Part shown: piece after piece, positions 19,035 to 31,733 of the stretch
How positions within the stretch are numbered: the first letter of the stretch is position 1
Layout of the letters: every line of letters begins with the position of its first letter
From: Abditibacteriaceae bacterium
Lineage (GTDB): Bacteria > Armatimonadota > Abditibacteriia > Abditibacteriales > Abditibacteriaceae
NCBI GenBank assembly: GCA_965277285.1
Contig: OZ255721.1
Coordinates: 1,728,001 to 1,792,000 of the forward strand
Direction of reading: 5' to 3'
DNA length: 64,000 nt
Notes under the pieces: generated by a model
What the model saw: only the letters and a program-made list of their open reading frames with translations
Database searches by the model: none
What the model was told of the DNA's origin: nothing
Translations under genes and position numbers: made by a program

Positions 19035-20594
19035 CTACGAATCAAGAACTCCTGCCATCTTTAACGCAGTCAGCCAACCACCGCAGTACTGTCGCGCCAA
19101 TTCATTCAATTCAGGATAATCTTTAGCGTGTTTCCACAGCGGTTTGCCAGCAGCATACAGCTTCTCAATCTCTTTGACAATTTGCTGGCACTCGGACGAA
19201 TTCTCTCTTGGCGCCGAAAAACGGGAATCAGAAGGTTCTTGTCGTTCTGGTGCCAAATCAATTCCTGCTGCTTCGAGAGCAGTACTCCAACCACCGCAAT
19301 TCTCTCGCGCTGCTTTGCTAAGAGGCGGATAGTCTTTCGCTCGCTTCCACAAAGGTTGGTTCATACTGTGCAACCTTTGAAGCTCCGCAATCACTTGTTG
19401 ACATTTGGGTAGAGCCTCATCAACTTCAAAGACATACCGAGGGTTAAGGGGCTTCCACGACTTTGCTTTTAAATCAACACCCACTGTCTCAAGCGCATCG
19501 TTCCACCCCTTAAAATGTCGTCGTGCGGCACAACTCAACGATGGATAGTCTGAAGCCTTCTTCCACAAAGGTTTACCCTGGTTATGCAATTCTCTGAGTT
19601 CTGCGAGTACTTTTTCCCTCGTCCACAAAGGCTGCCGTCCAGTGAGAGGAGCTGGTGTGATAGTTTCGCCAGCCGCTGCTACAGCATTTTTCCAAGAGCC
19701 AAACATGGTTGGACGACGAGCATTATCGTAGAGGCTGGGATAGGTGTCTCTGACTGCCGACCAAGAAAGCGTGTGACTATCCTGTGCTAACTCCTGTATT
19801 TTACTGATGACTTTCTCTTTCGTCCAAACATCTCGTAGCTGGTCATAATCCACGCCAGCAGCACCAATCGCATTTTCCCAGCTACCAAACTGCTTCAATG
19901 CGCGGTGGTGCAAGTTAGGGTGCTGTGTCGAGGTAAGATTATCTCCAGCCTCAAACAAAGTTTTAATCTCTTGCAATACGTTGATTTCCCCAATCCTCTG
20001 TTGCTTGCATATAGAAGCGTAATCAATTCCAGCAGCTTCAACGGCAGCTCGCCAACTGCCAAAGTATCGAGGTATGATAGCGGATTGAATCAATGCAGAA
20101 TTTTCTTTCAACATAGCCGACAGTGAAAGATCGCCACCTTTTTCTTCTATGTCTTGAATAGCCTCTATCAAAGCCAGCTTCGACCAGCGATGAACAGGTC
20201 CACGAAATCTAATATCAGCAAGGCCTAAGAGACCAGCAGCCTCAATAGCAGTTTGCCAACTTCCGAATTGATGCTTTGAAACAGCCGCTCCAAAAATCGC
20301 TGCATGATGGCGCTGCATAGCCGATGTATTTAAATCCGCGCCCTGTTTATGCAAGTCACGAATAGCAGTTACGAGAGACTCTTTAGTCCATTTCGTATTA
20401 GTTCGCTTTCTAACACTTGTATAATCAAACCCCGCAGCTTCTACAGCCTTTTCCCAAGAACCGAAACGAGTCTTTGCCAGTGCCGCAAAGAAGATCTTAG
20501 AGTGACGTTTTTTCATAGCATCAAATGATATATCTTCGCCTCGATTATGTAGTTCTCGAATTGCTTCAACTATCAGTTCTTTTGTCCATCGCAT
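19035..20594 (-). CDS. tandem-repeat protein resembling homing-endonuclease-associated repeats (FGSW..A.EAAG)
   Basis: About 8 units of W(T/S)KE..I..I.EL...G..L......AA...FG(S/G)W..A(V/L)EAAG; no nuclease motif seen; low GC. Confidence 0.75.
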   Translation of the reverse strand: MRWTKELIVEAIRELHNRGEDISFDAMKKRHSKIFFAALAKTRFGSWEKAVEAAGFDYTSVRKRTNTKWTKESLVTAIRDLHKQGADLNTSAMQRHHAAIFGAAVSKHQFGSWQTAIEAAGLLGLADIRFRGPVHRWSKLALIEAIQDIEEKGGDLSLSAMLKENSALIQSAIIPRYFGSWRAAVEAAGIDYASICKQQRIGEINVLQEIKTLFEAGDNLTSTQHPNLHHRALKQFGSWENAIGAAGVDYDQLRDVWTKEKVISKIQELAQDSHTLSWSAVRDTYPSLYDNARRPTMFGSWKNAVAAAGETITPAPLTGRQPLWTREKVLAELRELHNQGKPLWKKASDYPSLSCAARRHFKGWNDALETVGVDLKAKSWKPLNPRYVFEVDEALPKCQQVIAELQRLHSMNQPLWKRAKDYPPLSKAARENCGGWSTALEAAGIDLAPERQEPSDSRFSAPRENSSECQQIVKEIEKLYAAGKPLWKHAKDYPELNELARQYCGGWLTALKMAGVLDS

Positions 20595-20656
20595 TGGTTA
20601 TACCTCCACAATATCGTGCGAGAGCATAACCAATTATACCTGAGCACTAATACAAC

Positions 20657-20689
20657 AAAACACCCGCCTCTTTCGAGAGCGGGTGTTTT
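20657..20689. terminator. intrinsic terminator after 5S rRNA
   Basis: aaaacacccgc-ctctttcgaga-gcgggtgtttt. Confidence 0.85.
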
Positions 20690-20697
20690 ATAAAAAT

Positions 20698-20814
20698 TCA
20701 CGGCGGCGGCCTACTTTCCCACACAGTTGCCCATGCAGTATCATCGGCGCTGAAGGTCTTAACTGCCGTGTTCGGAATGGGAACGGGTGTCTCCCCTTCG
20801 CTAAGACCACCGTA
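20698..20814 (-). rRNA. rrf: 5S rRNA
   Basis: Reverse complement contains CCCGTTCCCATTCCGAACACGGCAGTTAAG...GCCGATGATACT...GGGAAAGTAGG; ends approximate. Confidence 0.95.
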
Positions 20815-20927
20815 AAAACGGGAGGATTACCAAGTTCTCGCAGAACGAGAGCTCGATCACCCTGAAAACTGCAAAGAGAAGATTGTGAAAACCAAATTTC
20901 GTCGAGGTTCTTAAAAATTGCAAAACG

Positions 20928-23876
<2,949 letters not shown>

Positions 23877-23938
23877 CGCATAATAAACTCATGCGCTTAA
23901 AAGAACTCACAATTTGATATTTCTATCAAAAGGATTAT

Positions 23939-23990
23939 CTCGACGAAATTTACTTCTCACAATCTTCTCTATGCAGTTTTCAAGGTGTTC
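23939..23990 (-). promoter_or_regulatory. pre-23S processing stem (5' arm, with boxA-like CCTTGAAAACT), pairing with 20856-20907
   Basis: ctcgacgaaattt and tcacaatcttctctatgcagttttcaaggtg are inverted relative to caccctgaaaactgcaaagagaagattgtga and aaatttcgtcgag in the 23S-5S spacer. Confidence 0.8.
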
Positions 23991-24137
23991 AGTCCAACGA
24001 CTTTCAAAGCCTGAGCTTCTTCCGTCTTTAGCTGATGCGAATACCGATAGTATCGAGTACTCGAATCAATTAAGGCCTGGTTTGGGAGGTTCATAACAGC
24101 TCGTAATGAGCGTGTTTTCGTCCGGCGGCAAGAAGAA

Positions 24138-24166
24138 ATTATACAGTTTTCAGTCTTGCTCGTCAA
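24138..24166 (-). promoter_or_regulatory. sigma70 promoter (rrn P3)
   Basis: TTGACG-17 bp-TATAAT on the minus strand with an A-rich UP-like region. Confidence 0.85.
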
Positions 24167-24234
24167 GGCTTTTCTCAAAACTTTTTTGAAAAGTTTTTTC
24201 AGCCTCAACAGCGAACAACAATTAAAAAGGAGTT

Positions 24235-24650
24235 TGTGGCGGTGACCCGGCGCTCGTCAAAAGAAGAGGAATACGGCGGCGGTGATTCGCGGAGAACTTC
24301 GGAGGATACCATCGTGTGGACAGCGTTTGGTGAACAACTGTAGCTTTCGACTTTTCCAGCTTTTCGTGTTTTTACTTCAAGGTGCGTTCGTCTTTCGTCC
24401 GGCAGCAAGAGGAGATTATAAGGCGTTCTCTCTCACTTGTCAAGAACTTTTTCAAAATATTTTTTGAAGCGTTCTCAACGTTTTCGTCCTGAAGGATGGG
24501 AAGTGTGGCGGTGACCCGGCGCTCGTTAAAGAGGAGAATACGGCGGCGGTGATTCGCGGAAGAACTTCGGAGAAACGTCGTTTGGACAGCGTTAATAACG
24601 TCTGCAACTTTCGACTGGTTCTGGCTTTTTCAGATTGACTTCAAGGTTCG
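24235..24650 (-). repeat. two diverged direct repeats of about 150 bp (24235-24386 and 24504-24650) in the rRNA leader
   Basis: Both share gtggcggtgacccggcgctcgt..gaatacggcggcggtgattcgcgga..aacttcggag..tggacagcgtt..ctttcgact..acttcaagg. Confidence 0.9.
24415..24443 (-). promoter_or_regulatory. sigma70 promoter (rrn P2)
   Basis: TTGACA-17 bp-TATAAT on the minus strand with an A-rich UP-like region. Confidence 0.9.
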
Positions 24651-24702
24651 TGCCGTCGCTGTCGCTCATAAACATCATCGCTTCAACGGGTGGCGAGAAA
24701 GA

Positions 24703-24731
24703 ATGATAACGCGCTGGACGGTGGGCGTCAA
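24703..24731 (-). promoter_or_regulatory. sigma70 promoter (rrn P1)
   Basis: TTGACG-17 bp-TATCAT on the minus strand. Confidence 0.75.
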
Positions 24732-24859
24732 GAGGTTTTTGATTATTTTTGATAGTTACGTCAAGCATTCAATTACGTATCGGCTTTGCCTCAAAGCTGC
24801 GTTTCTTGCCCAACAACGAGAAATTGTTGCAGCTATAGAAATGCTGTAAGTTTGTTTCT

Positions 24860-25423
24860 ATGCAAATACGAAAAGAGCCCCACAGTTTCATTGCGAGGCG
24901 AGATAGAACCTGCCGCAAAGTCAAACGGTATTTCAGGCACGCGAAAGCAGGATGGTGGTTATTGTTGATAACAGTTTGCGGGGGATCTCTTTCAGCCTTA
25001 TCTATCCCTGCGTCTCTAGGCCCTTATTCGTTGTGCCTTAGCTTTCTCCTGTTCTTTGGCGGCCTAGGACATTTTCATTATTTGGCACAACAAAGCCAGA
25101 ATAAAGCCTTGATCCGTGCAAAGAGGCGCCGAAAAAAGCTGATATTGGGACGTTTCTTAGACAAAGGCGAACAGATAAAGAAGAAGATTGCAAATGGCGA
25201 TGCCACTTTGCTAACAGTGGAAGTTGCTAATTGGAGCAAAGAAGTTGAGGAGTTCTTGTTGACAGAATTAGACCCATCTTATGTTGCAAGATTTCGCAGT
25301 ATGGCAGGGCAACGCTCTGTGTTGCTCAACATAACAAATAAAGAAAATCGCCATCTTTGGATTCAGATTGACGCAAAGTTAGTGCGCTTGAGAGATTTCA
25401 TTTCAGAGCATTCAATTCGCTAA
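24860..25423 (+). CDS. hypothetical membrane protein (low GC)
   Basis: 187-aa ORF with two hydrophobic segments; start uncertain. Confidence 0.55.
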   Translation: MQIRKEPHSFIARRDRTCRKVKRYFRHAKAGWWLLLITVCGGSLSALSIPASLGPYSLCLSFLLFFGGLGHFHYLAQQSQNKALIRAKRRRKKLILGRFLDKGEQIKKKIANGDATLLTVEVANWSKEVEEFLLTELDPSYVARFRSMAGQRSVLLNITNKENRHLWIQIDAKLVRLRDFISEHSIR

Positions 25424-25465
25424 AGCTAATTTTTGTAGAATCGGACTTTGCCTAGAAATCAGCCT

Positions 25466-26392
25466 TTACTGAACGATTTTACTGGCATTAAGCCGGATGA
25501 AGGCTTCAGCATATTCAGGATTAAAGAATTCAAAGGTATGTACGGTGCCGTGAGCACCGCAGTAGTGAACGGAAATGCCAGGCCAACAGCAGTAAATCTT
25601 CATTATTTCTCGCGCTTCGTCTTCCACTGCGTTGCATTGTGCTATCAATTCATTGGCCTGAAGTTGCGCCTTCGCTTGTGCTTCCGTTAATTGCGCCGCA
25701 CGTTGCGTGGACATAAAGAAATGAGTGCCGATAGTAAGAACGCCTGCCGCCAGAAGTCCGTTAAAAATACTTGCGATGAAATGACCTGTTACCGCTCCAG
25801 CGAAAAGGCAGGCCATGTACCACATAGAGAAAATAGCGCATCCCCCAAGAGGCACAGCACTCGATACAGGCGGATTTTTAGCCGTTGAAGTTAAATCGTT
25901 GGCCTCTACGTAAAGCCTGTGGGCCGCGTTGAATATCTCCAAATGCTTCGCGCATTGCAAACAATACGGAACTGACCAATTCTCGTTTGTGATACGCACA
26001 AACCTTTGTCCACTTTTATGAGTGTGAGTGACGGTTTGACTGGTATCGGGCAAATCCCCACAACACGGACATTGGAAAGGCCAATCGAGTATTCGCGCAG
26101 ACACACGAATATGAATAGGCTGCGGGTCTTGCAAGGGTGTCTGTTGCGGCGAGTTTGTTTGTGCTTGAGTGACCCAAGTGTGAACTGGCGAAGCAGTTAC
26201 AGGCGGAACGGCGGGTATAAAAGGAACAGTGGACACAGGTGTCGAAGGGGTCGAACTTTGTGCTCCTACAGAGGACACGGCATCTGCCCACGGCAGACGT
26301 GCGCCGCATACATTGCAAACAATGTTCGTATACGGATTTCCCGATTGACAACTGGGGCAACTTCCCAATGCGACTGTTTTGTTTGAAGACAT
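25466..26392 (-). CDS. hypothetical membrane protein with zinc-ribbon-like Cys pairs
   Basis: CPSC...CNVC, Pro/Thr/Ser linker, CPCC...CLQC and two TM segments. Confidence 0.7.
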   Translation of the reverse strand: MSSNKTVALGSCPSCQSGNPYTNIVCNVCGARLPWADAVSSVGAQSSTPSTPVSTVPFIPAVPPVTASPVHTWVTQAQTNSPQQTPLQDPQPIHIRVSARILDWPFQCPCCGDLPDTSQTVTHTHKSGQRFVRITNENWSVPYCLQCAKHLEIFNAAHRLYVEANDLTSTAKNPPVSSAVPLGGCAIFSMWYMACLFAGAVTGHFIASIFNGLLAAGVLTIGTHFFMSTQRAAQLTEAQAKAQLQANELIAQCNAVEDEAREIMKIYCCWPGISVHYCGAHGTVHTFEFFNPEYAEAFIRLNASKIVQ

Positions 26393-26567
26393 AAAATCTT
26401 AAATCCAATGCTCACTTTAATCAAAAAAATTGCCGATTGTAAACGCGCCGTTTTGCAACTTTGTGCCGACATTGAGAGCGGTCATCACGCAACCTTTCGA
26501 GCGATTTATTACGCGCTATTTTAGCAGTTTCAGTTATCGAGTACTCGATTATTGCGCTCGGTGTTTT

Positions 26568-27272
26568 CTACTGCGCTTCCTCCAGAAACTTTTCGCCTTC
26601 GGGCGAGATCGTCCATTCGCCGCGTGGCGAGCCTTGCAGCAGCAAGCCTTTTTGCGTCATTTGTTTGGCGGCGCGATAGGCGATTAAGCGCCATTGTTGC
26701 GCGGTGATGTGCGGCGTGGCCAGTCGCAGAAAATCTGTGTCGTTGGTTTGTGAGCCAACGGTTTGTCGGATAAATTGCAGCACGGTTTTCGCCTTGTCGA
26801 AGCCGCCCGCAAGTTGCAGCGTGCGCAAAATCGGGCGATAAAAGTCGTGTGCTGAAAGCCGTGAATCTTCGACGTTCGCGGTGTGGCGAGAAGGCGCGCT
26901 TGCCTCATCGCGCGCTTCGCTTTGGTCGGTGATTGCATCGAAAAGCGTCGTCATGTTTTCCATCGAGTACTCGAATTGACGCAAGCATTCCAATTGTTCG
27001 GCCAAACGTTGGCCGCTTTCGTCGTTGCGCCAATCGAAACTTTGGTTGCATTGGCGATTGATCCATTCGCAATGCGCCTTCAAGTTGTCCCGACGAGCCT
27101 CAGCGTCGCGTTGCAAAGCGAAAACCCAGCGCCACAAAACATCCAGCGCGTTGTTCGCTTCTTCGTTGTCGACACCAAAAATCGTGTCGCCTTCCGAACT
27201 GTCGCTGAGCCTTTGTTGAATTTGGTCGCGGCGTTCCTGCGACAACGGAAACTTCTTTTCCAGTTCGTTCAT
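26568..27272 (-). CDS. coiled-coil protein with C-terminal Mrr_N-like winged-helix domain
   Basis: FYRPILRTLQLAGG...W....AAKQMTQKGLL..GSPRGEWTISPEG resembles the Mrr N-terminal wHTH. Confidence 0.7.
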   Translation of the reverse strand: MNELEKKFPLSQERRDQIQQRLSDSSEGDTIFGVDNEEANNALDVLWRWVFALQRDAEARRDNLKAHCEWINRQCNQSFDWRNDESGQRLAEQLECLRQFEYSMENMTTLFDAITDQSEARDEASAPSRHTANVEDSRLSAHDFYRPILRTLQLAGGFDKAKTVLQFIRQTVGSQTNDTDFLRLATPHITAQQWRLIAYRAAKQMTQKGLLLQGSPRGEWTISPEGEKFLEEAQ

Positions 27273-27431
27273 GCGTTTTCTCCTCGCGCGTTTTGCGTTT
27301 CAGAAACATGGTGGAACCCGATCATTTATGCTTTTTATTTGCGAACTTTCAACGCCAATCGTGCGCTCGAAGGCGTAAAATAAAAGCGTTCTTAATCTCA
27401 GGCGGAAAAAGGGAATCGAGTACTCGATATT

Positions 27432-28760
27432 ATGACGAGCAAGCACATTGTTTTGACGACATGGGGTTCGCTGGGCGATTTGCATCCGTTTTTGGCGCTG
27501 GCCATCGAACTGCAAAAACGCGGTCATCGCGCGACGATTGCAACGAGCGAAATGTATCGCGCCAAAGTGCAGGAAACCGGCGTTGGTTTTCACGCGGTTC
27601 GTCCCGATTTGCCGACGCCGGAAGAGTTCGCCGCCATGGTGCAGCGCGTGATGAACGCTCACAGCGGCACCGAATACTTGTTTCGCGGCCTGATGATGCC
27701 GTCTTTGCGCGAAAGCTATGACGACTTGTGCGCCATCGCGCCCGATTGCGACTTGTGGCTGACGCATCCCGCGCAAATGGCCGGGCCCATTGTCGCGCAG
27801 AAATATAATCTGCGCTGGGTTTCGTGCGTGCTGGCGCCGATTTCTCTTTACTCAATGTACGAACCGCCAGTTTTGCCACGGCGAATTTTGAAAATTCTTT
27901 ATCGTTTTGGCAAACCTGGCAAGCGCTTCGCGTTCTGGGCAATGCACAGAACAACGCAAAATTGGATCAAAGAAGTGCCCGCTTTACGGCGCGAAATCGG
28001 GTTGCCCAAGGGCTTGCATCCGATCTTTGAAGGCCAGTATTCGCCGCTATGCAATCTGGCTTTGTTTTCGCGCGCTCTGAGCGAACCGCAACCCGATTGG
28101 CCGAAAAATACGACGCAAACCGGCTTTATTTTCTACGACACCAAAGACGATTTCAGATGGAAGCGCGACCCTGCAACGCCGGCGGAGAATGCCGGAGAAC
28201 ATAACGGCGCGTTGTCGCCTGCTCTGGAGCGCTTTCTGGAAGCAGGCGAAGCGCCAATAGTCTTCACTCTGGGTTCGGCAGCCGTCATGAATCCTCGCGG
28301 TTTCTTTCATCAGAGCGCAGACGCCGCACGCTTGTTGAATCGTCGCGCCGTTTTGCTGGGCGATGTGCAAAACGCGGGCGGCGATTCGCCCGACATCGTT
28401 TCGTTCGATTACGCGCCGTACACACAGGTTTTCCCGCGCGCCTGCGCTATCGTGCATCAAGGCGGCGTCGGCACCACAGCGCAAGCCTTGCGCGCAGGCA
28501 AACCGCAACTCATCGTTCCGCAATCGCACGATCAACCCGATAACGCCGCGCGCATCGTTCTTCGCGGACTGGGAAAAACCATGCCTTTGCACGAATACCA
28601 GGCGCAACGCGTTGCGGGCGAACTTCGTCCTTTATTGGAGAATATCGAGTACTCGAATCGCGCCGCGCAAATCGGCGCACAAGTGCAACAGGAAAACGGT
28701 GTCGCCCGCGCCGCCGATGCGATTGAAGCACAGTTGAAGATTGCAATCGCTCCGCGTTAA
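27432..28760 (+). CDS. GT1 family (sterol/rhamnosyl-type) glycosyltransferase
   Basis: GSLGDLHPF, FTLGSA, VHQGGVGTTAQALRAGKP and HDQPDNA. Confidence 0.92.
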   Translation: MTSKHIVLTTWGSLGDLHPFLALAIELQKRGHRATIATSEMYRAKVQETGVGFHAVRPDLPTPEEFAAMVQRVMNAHSGTEYLFRGLMMPSLRESYDDLCAIAPDCDLWLTHPAQMAGPIVAQKYNLRWVSCVLAPISLYSMYEPPVLPRRILKILYRFGKPGKRFAFWAMHRTTQNWIKEVPALRREIGLPKGLHPIFEGQYSPLCNLALFSRALSEPQPDWPKNTTQTGFIFYDTKDDFRWKRDPATPAENAGEHNGALSPALERFLEAGEAPIVFTLGSAAVMNPRGFFHQSADAARLLNRRAVLLGDVQNAGGDSPDIVSFDYAPYTQVFPRACAIVHQGGVGTTAQALRAGKPQLIVPQSHDQPDNAARIVLRGLGKTMPLHEYQAQRVAGELRPLLENIEYSNRAAQIGAQVQQENGVARAADAIEAQLKIAIAPR

Positions 28761-28786
28761 AGCAATGGGCTGATAAAGGAGCGATC

Positions 28787-28874
28787 AAACTCGCAGTGTG
28801 TCATTCTGAGCGCAGCGAAGAATCTTGCTGGAGTTAGATTCTTCGCTGCGCTCAGAATGACACACTGCGAGTTT
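28787..28874. repeat. REP/REPIN-like hairpin, family A
   Basis: aaactcgcagtgtgtcattctgagcgcagcgaagaatct with its inverted copy. Confidence 0.9.
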
Positions 28875-29218
28875 CAAGCGTTTCATTTACTTCCTCTACA
28901 CTTTGCCAGAATGAGACAAACCTTCTTTGATAAGGGTTTTCCTTTTCCACATCTATCTCCCAAACTGGCTAAATTGATGCGAACATATTATCTATCCGAA
29001 GGAAGAATGAAGGACAAGGAGAGGATGAAAGTTGGTCTGGCGATTGTCGGATCGAGTACTCGAACGGCGTACAGAACGGTTTTGGTCGCAGCGTGCGCCA
29101 CCGTTTTGAGGTATAGAAGAAGAGAAGCCACTTGTGGCAAGTTTGGTGGATAGACTTTTCCCAAGCGGCGGGTCGCTTTACAAGGTTTTCGCGGTTGAGG
29201 TTTCGCGGTTTTCGGGCT

Positions 29219-29926
29219 ATGAACATTTACCATTTCAGTTTGTATCTGGGTTTCACCGGCCTGGCGAGCATGGCCGTGATGGGCGCCAGCAGCGCCGGTT
29301 CGCATGGTGGAATGCATGTCGGCGGTCATGGCGGGGCACACGGCGTTGGGCACGGCGGAGCGCATGGCGGAAGTCATGGTGCGGCGCATGGCGGCGCTCA
29401 TGGGCATTCATCGGCGCAAGGTCACGGGCATTCGCATCAGCATTCGCAGCAAAGTGCGAGCAGTCGGTTTTCGCCGTTGCTTTCGATGTTGTCGCCGCGA
29501 GTTTTCTTCAGCGTCATGCTGGGATTTGGCGCAGCAGGCATTTTGGGACACAAAGCCATACACGAGCCGGAATTGATGATTCTGGCGTTGTTGTGCGGAT
29601 TGGCGTTCGAGATGGTGTTGTTTCGCCCGACGTGGAACCTGGTTTTTCGCTTTGCTTCGCGTCCGGCGCGCACCTTGGAAAGCATCGTCGCCGAGGAAGC
29701 GACGGCAGTGACGGGTTTCGATGCTAACGGAAACGGTTTGGTTTCGCTGGATTTAGATGGACAATTCCGCCAATTGTTGGCGCATCTGAATGAGGAATCG
29801 CGCCAGAGTGGTCATCGTGTGCGTGTCGGTGATCGCTTGTTCGTCGAAAATGTGGACACGCAAAAGAACTCGTGCGTTGTGTCGCCCGTTGAGGCCAATT
29901 CAACGGCGCGCGTGACGGACAATTAA
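29219..29926 (+). CDS. NfeD/YuaF-like membrane protein with His-Gly-rich loop
   Basis: TM, (HGG)n tract, LSPR..F...LGFGAAG, OB-fold-like C-terminus; upstream of a flotillin. Confidence 0.7.
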   Translation: MNIYHFSLYLGFTGLASMAVMGASSAGSHGGMHVGGHGGAHGVGHGGAHGGSHGAAHGGAHGHSSAQGHGHSHQHSQQSASSRFSPLLSMLSPRVFFSVMLGFGAAGILGHKAIHEPELMILALLCGLAFEMVLFRPTWNLVFRFASRPARTLESIVAEEATAVTGFDANGNGLVSLDLDGQFRQLLAHLNEESRQSGHRVRVGDRLFVENVDTQKNSCVVSPVEANSTARVTDN

Positions 29927-29959
29927 TCCGAAGAAATTTTCGGAAGGACGGAAAGAATT

Positions 29960-31516
29960 ATGGACAACGCCATTTATTTGGTAGTTGGAGTTTTAGTAGT
30001 CGCGCTGGTTTTGATACCGCTCATCGTATCGTCGTTTTTGCGCAGCGTCGAAGCGGGAACCATTCGCATGGTGACACGCTTGGGCGGCACTACGAGCATT
30101 TATCGCGGCCCGGGCAAATCGGTCGAAGTGCCGCTTCTGACAACTGGCACCACGTTGTCAAGCCGCGCCATCAACGTCGACCTGGACATCACCGACCAGA
30201 CGGCGGACGTGGACGATCAAGGGATTCCGCGCCCGATCAAGGTTCGCGTACTCGCTTCAGCCATCGTTTCGGTCGGCGATTCGGACACCTTGATTAAGAC
30301 CGCAGCGAACCGCTTTTTCTCGAAACCTGAAGCCGAGCAGATCAACATTTTGATCGACTTGCTGAGTTCTTCGGGACGACGCGCCATCAACTTGCTGACG
30401 CACGATCAATTGTTTTCGGCCAAGACCGCGCCGCCCAAACGCGCCGTGATGTCGCTGCCAAACGCGTCGTCTGTCATCAATACGCCGGACGGCAACCCCG
30501 CGAACGCCGAAGTGGTGGTCGCACCGACGACGCGCGAAGCGGTTCAAGCGGCGGAAGACGACGACGATCCTTTGGCAATTATCATTCGCAAAGCGTGCTC
30601 GAAAGAATTGACCGACCTGGGCTTAATTTTCAATTCTTTGAACATCAAAGTCGTGCAATCGGAAGTCGCTGAAGCGCGCCGTCGCCAATCGGCAGCCGAA
30701 GCGCAGGCCAACGCCGACATCGTTTCTGCACAGCAGGCGCGCCGCTCCAAAGAAGCGCAATTGGAAGCCGAACGCTCGATTTCCAACAGCCAACGCGAAT
30801 TGGAACAAGCCAAAGCGGGCAACGCAGCGTTGGTCGCTGAAGCGGAAATTTTGAAGACGCAGGCGACGGAAATCGCTGAAGCGCGCCGCCGCCAAGCTTC
30901 GACCGAAGCGCAAGCAAACGCCGACATCGTGGCGACCGAACAAGCGCGCCGTGCACGTCAGGCGCAACTGGAAGCGGATCGCGCTATCTCGAATAATCAG
31001 CGCGAACTGGAACAAACGCGCGCTGAAAACGCGGCTTTGGTGGCGCAAGCCGAAGCCAAACGTCAGGACGCTTTGGCGATTCAGCGCACGGCGGAATTGC
31101 GCGCCACGCAAATCGCGCAAGCGACAGCGGACGCCGAACGCATCAAGATCGACGCGATTGCCCAGGCCGAAGCCGACGCGATTCACATCAAGCGCGTAGC
31201 CGAAGCGAACGCTGAAAGCATCCGCGAAGTCAACAAAGCGATTGCCGAAGGCGGCGAAGCGTATTTCCGCTATCGCCAAATCGAGATGATTCCGCAAATC
31301 GCGCCGTCTATCGCGCAAGCTTTGGCGCAATCGAAGCTGATCACGATTACCGGCGGCAACGACGGCAAAGGCGCGCCCGAATCGACCAGCAACAACATTT
31401 CGAGCGTCATCCAAACCGTGCTGGCCGCGCAATTGGTTTCGCGCAACAACCTGCTCGATGGCTCGCCCAACGTTCCCGCCTCAAACGGAACCAACGGCGC
31501 GCCTGACAAAGCGTAA
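29960..31516 (+). CDS. flotillin/SPFH domain protein
   Basis: N-terminal TM, SPFH-like domain and long AEA-rich coiled coil. Confidence 0.8.
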   Translation: MDNAIYLVVGVLVVALVLIPLIVSSFLRSVEAGTIRMVTRLGGTTSIYRGPGKSVEVPLLTTGTTLSSRAINVDLDITDQTADVDDQGIPRPIKVRVLASAIVSVGDSDTLIKTAANRFFSKPEAEQINILIDLLSSSGRRAINLLTHDQLFSAKTAPPKRAVMSLPNASSVINTPDGNPANAEVVVAPTTREAVQAAEDDDDPLAIIIRKACSKELTDLGLIFNSLNIKVVQSEVAEARRRQSAAEAQANADIVSAQQARRSKEAQLEAERSISNSQRELEQAKAGNAALVAEAEILKTQATEIAEARRRQASTEAQANADIVATEQARRARQAQLEADRAISNNQRELEQTRAENAALVAQAEAKRQDALAIQRTAELRATQIAQATADAERIKIDAIAQAEADAIHIKRVAEANAESIREVNKAIAEGGEAYFRYRQIEMIPQIAPSIAQALAQSKLITITGGNDGKGAPESTSNNISSVIQTVLAAQLVSRNNLLDGSPNVPASNGTNGAPDKA

Positions 31517-31536
31517 ATCGAGTACTCGATTGCCAC

Positions 31537-31574
31537 AAAAAGCGCCGCGAGACGAACAATCTCGCGGCGCTTTT
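31537..31574 (+). terminator. intrinsic terminator
   Basis: aaaagcgccgcgaga-cgaacaa-tctcgcggcgctttt. Confidence 0.85.
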
Positions 31575-31580
31575 CTTTTC

Positions 31581-31660
31581 TAACGAACCGAAGCGTAAGC
31601 GAGGGGCTTAAGGTGCATGAACCATTACTTAAGCCCCTCGCTTACGCTTCGGGTTCGTTA
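31581..31660. repeat. REPIN-like hairpin, family B
   Basis: taacgaaccgaagcgtaagcgaggggcttaag ... cttaagcccctcgcttacgcttcgggttcgtta. Confidence 0.9.
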
Positions 31661-31733
31661 GAAGAACTTATCAACTGAGTCACCATCTAAATTCTTACTG
31701 AAATTGCACGATGGCTTGTAAACTGGGCACATT

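Noticed and set aside
23880..24800. tRNA or 16S remnant upstream of the 23S
   Set aside because: No cloverleaf/TTC-loop pattern and no 16S 3' end (GGATCACCTCC) found by eye
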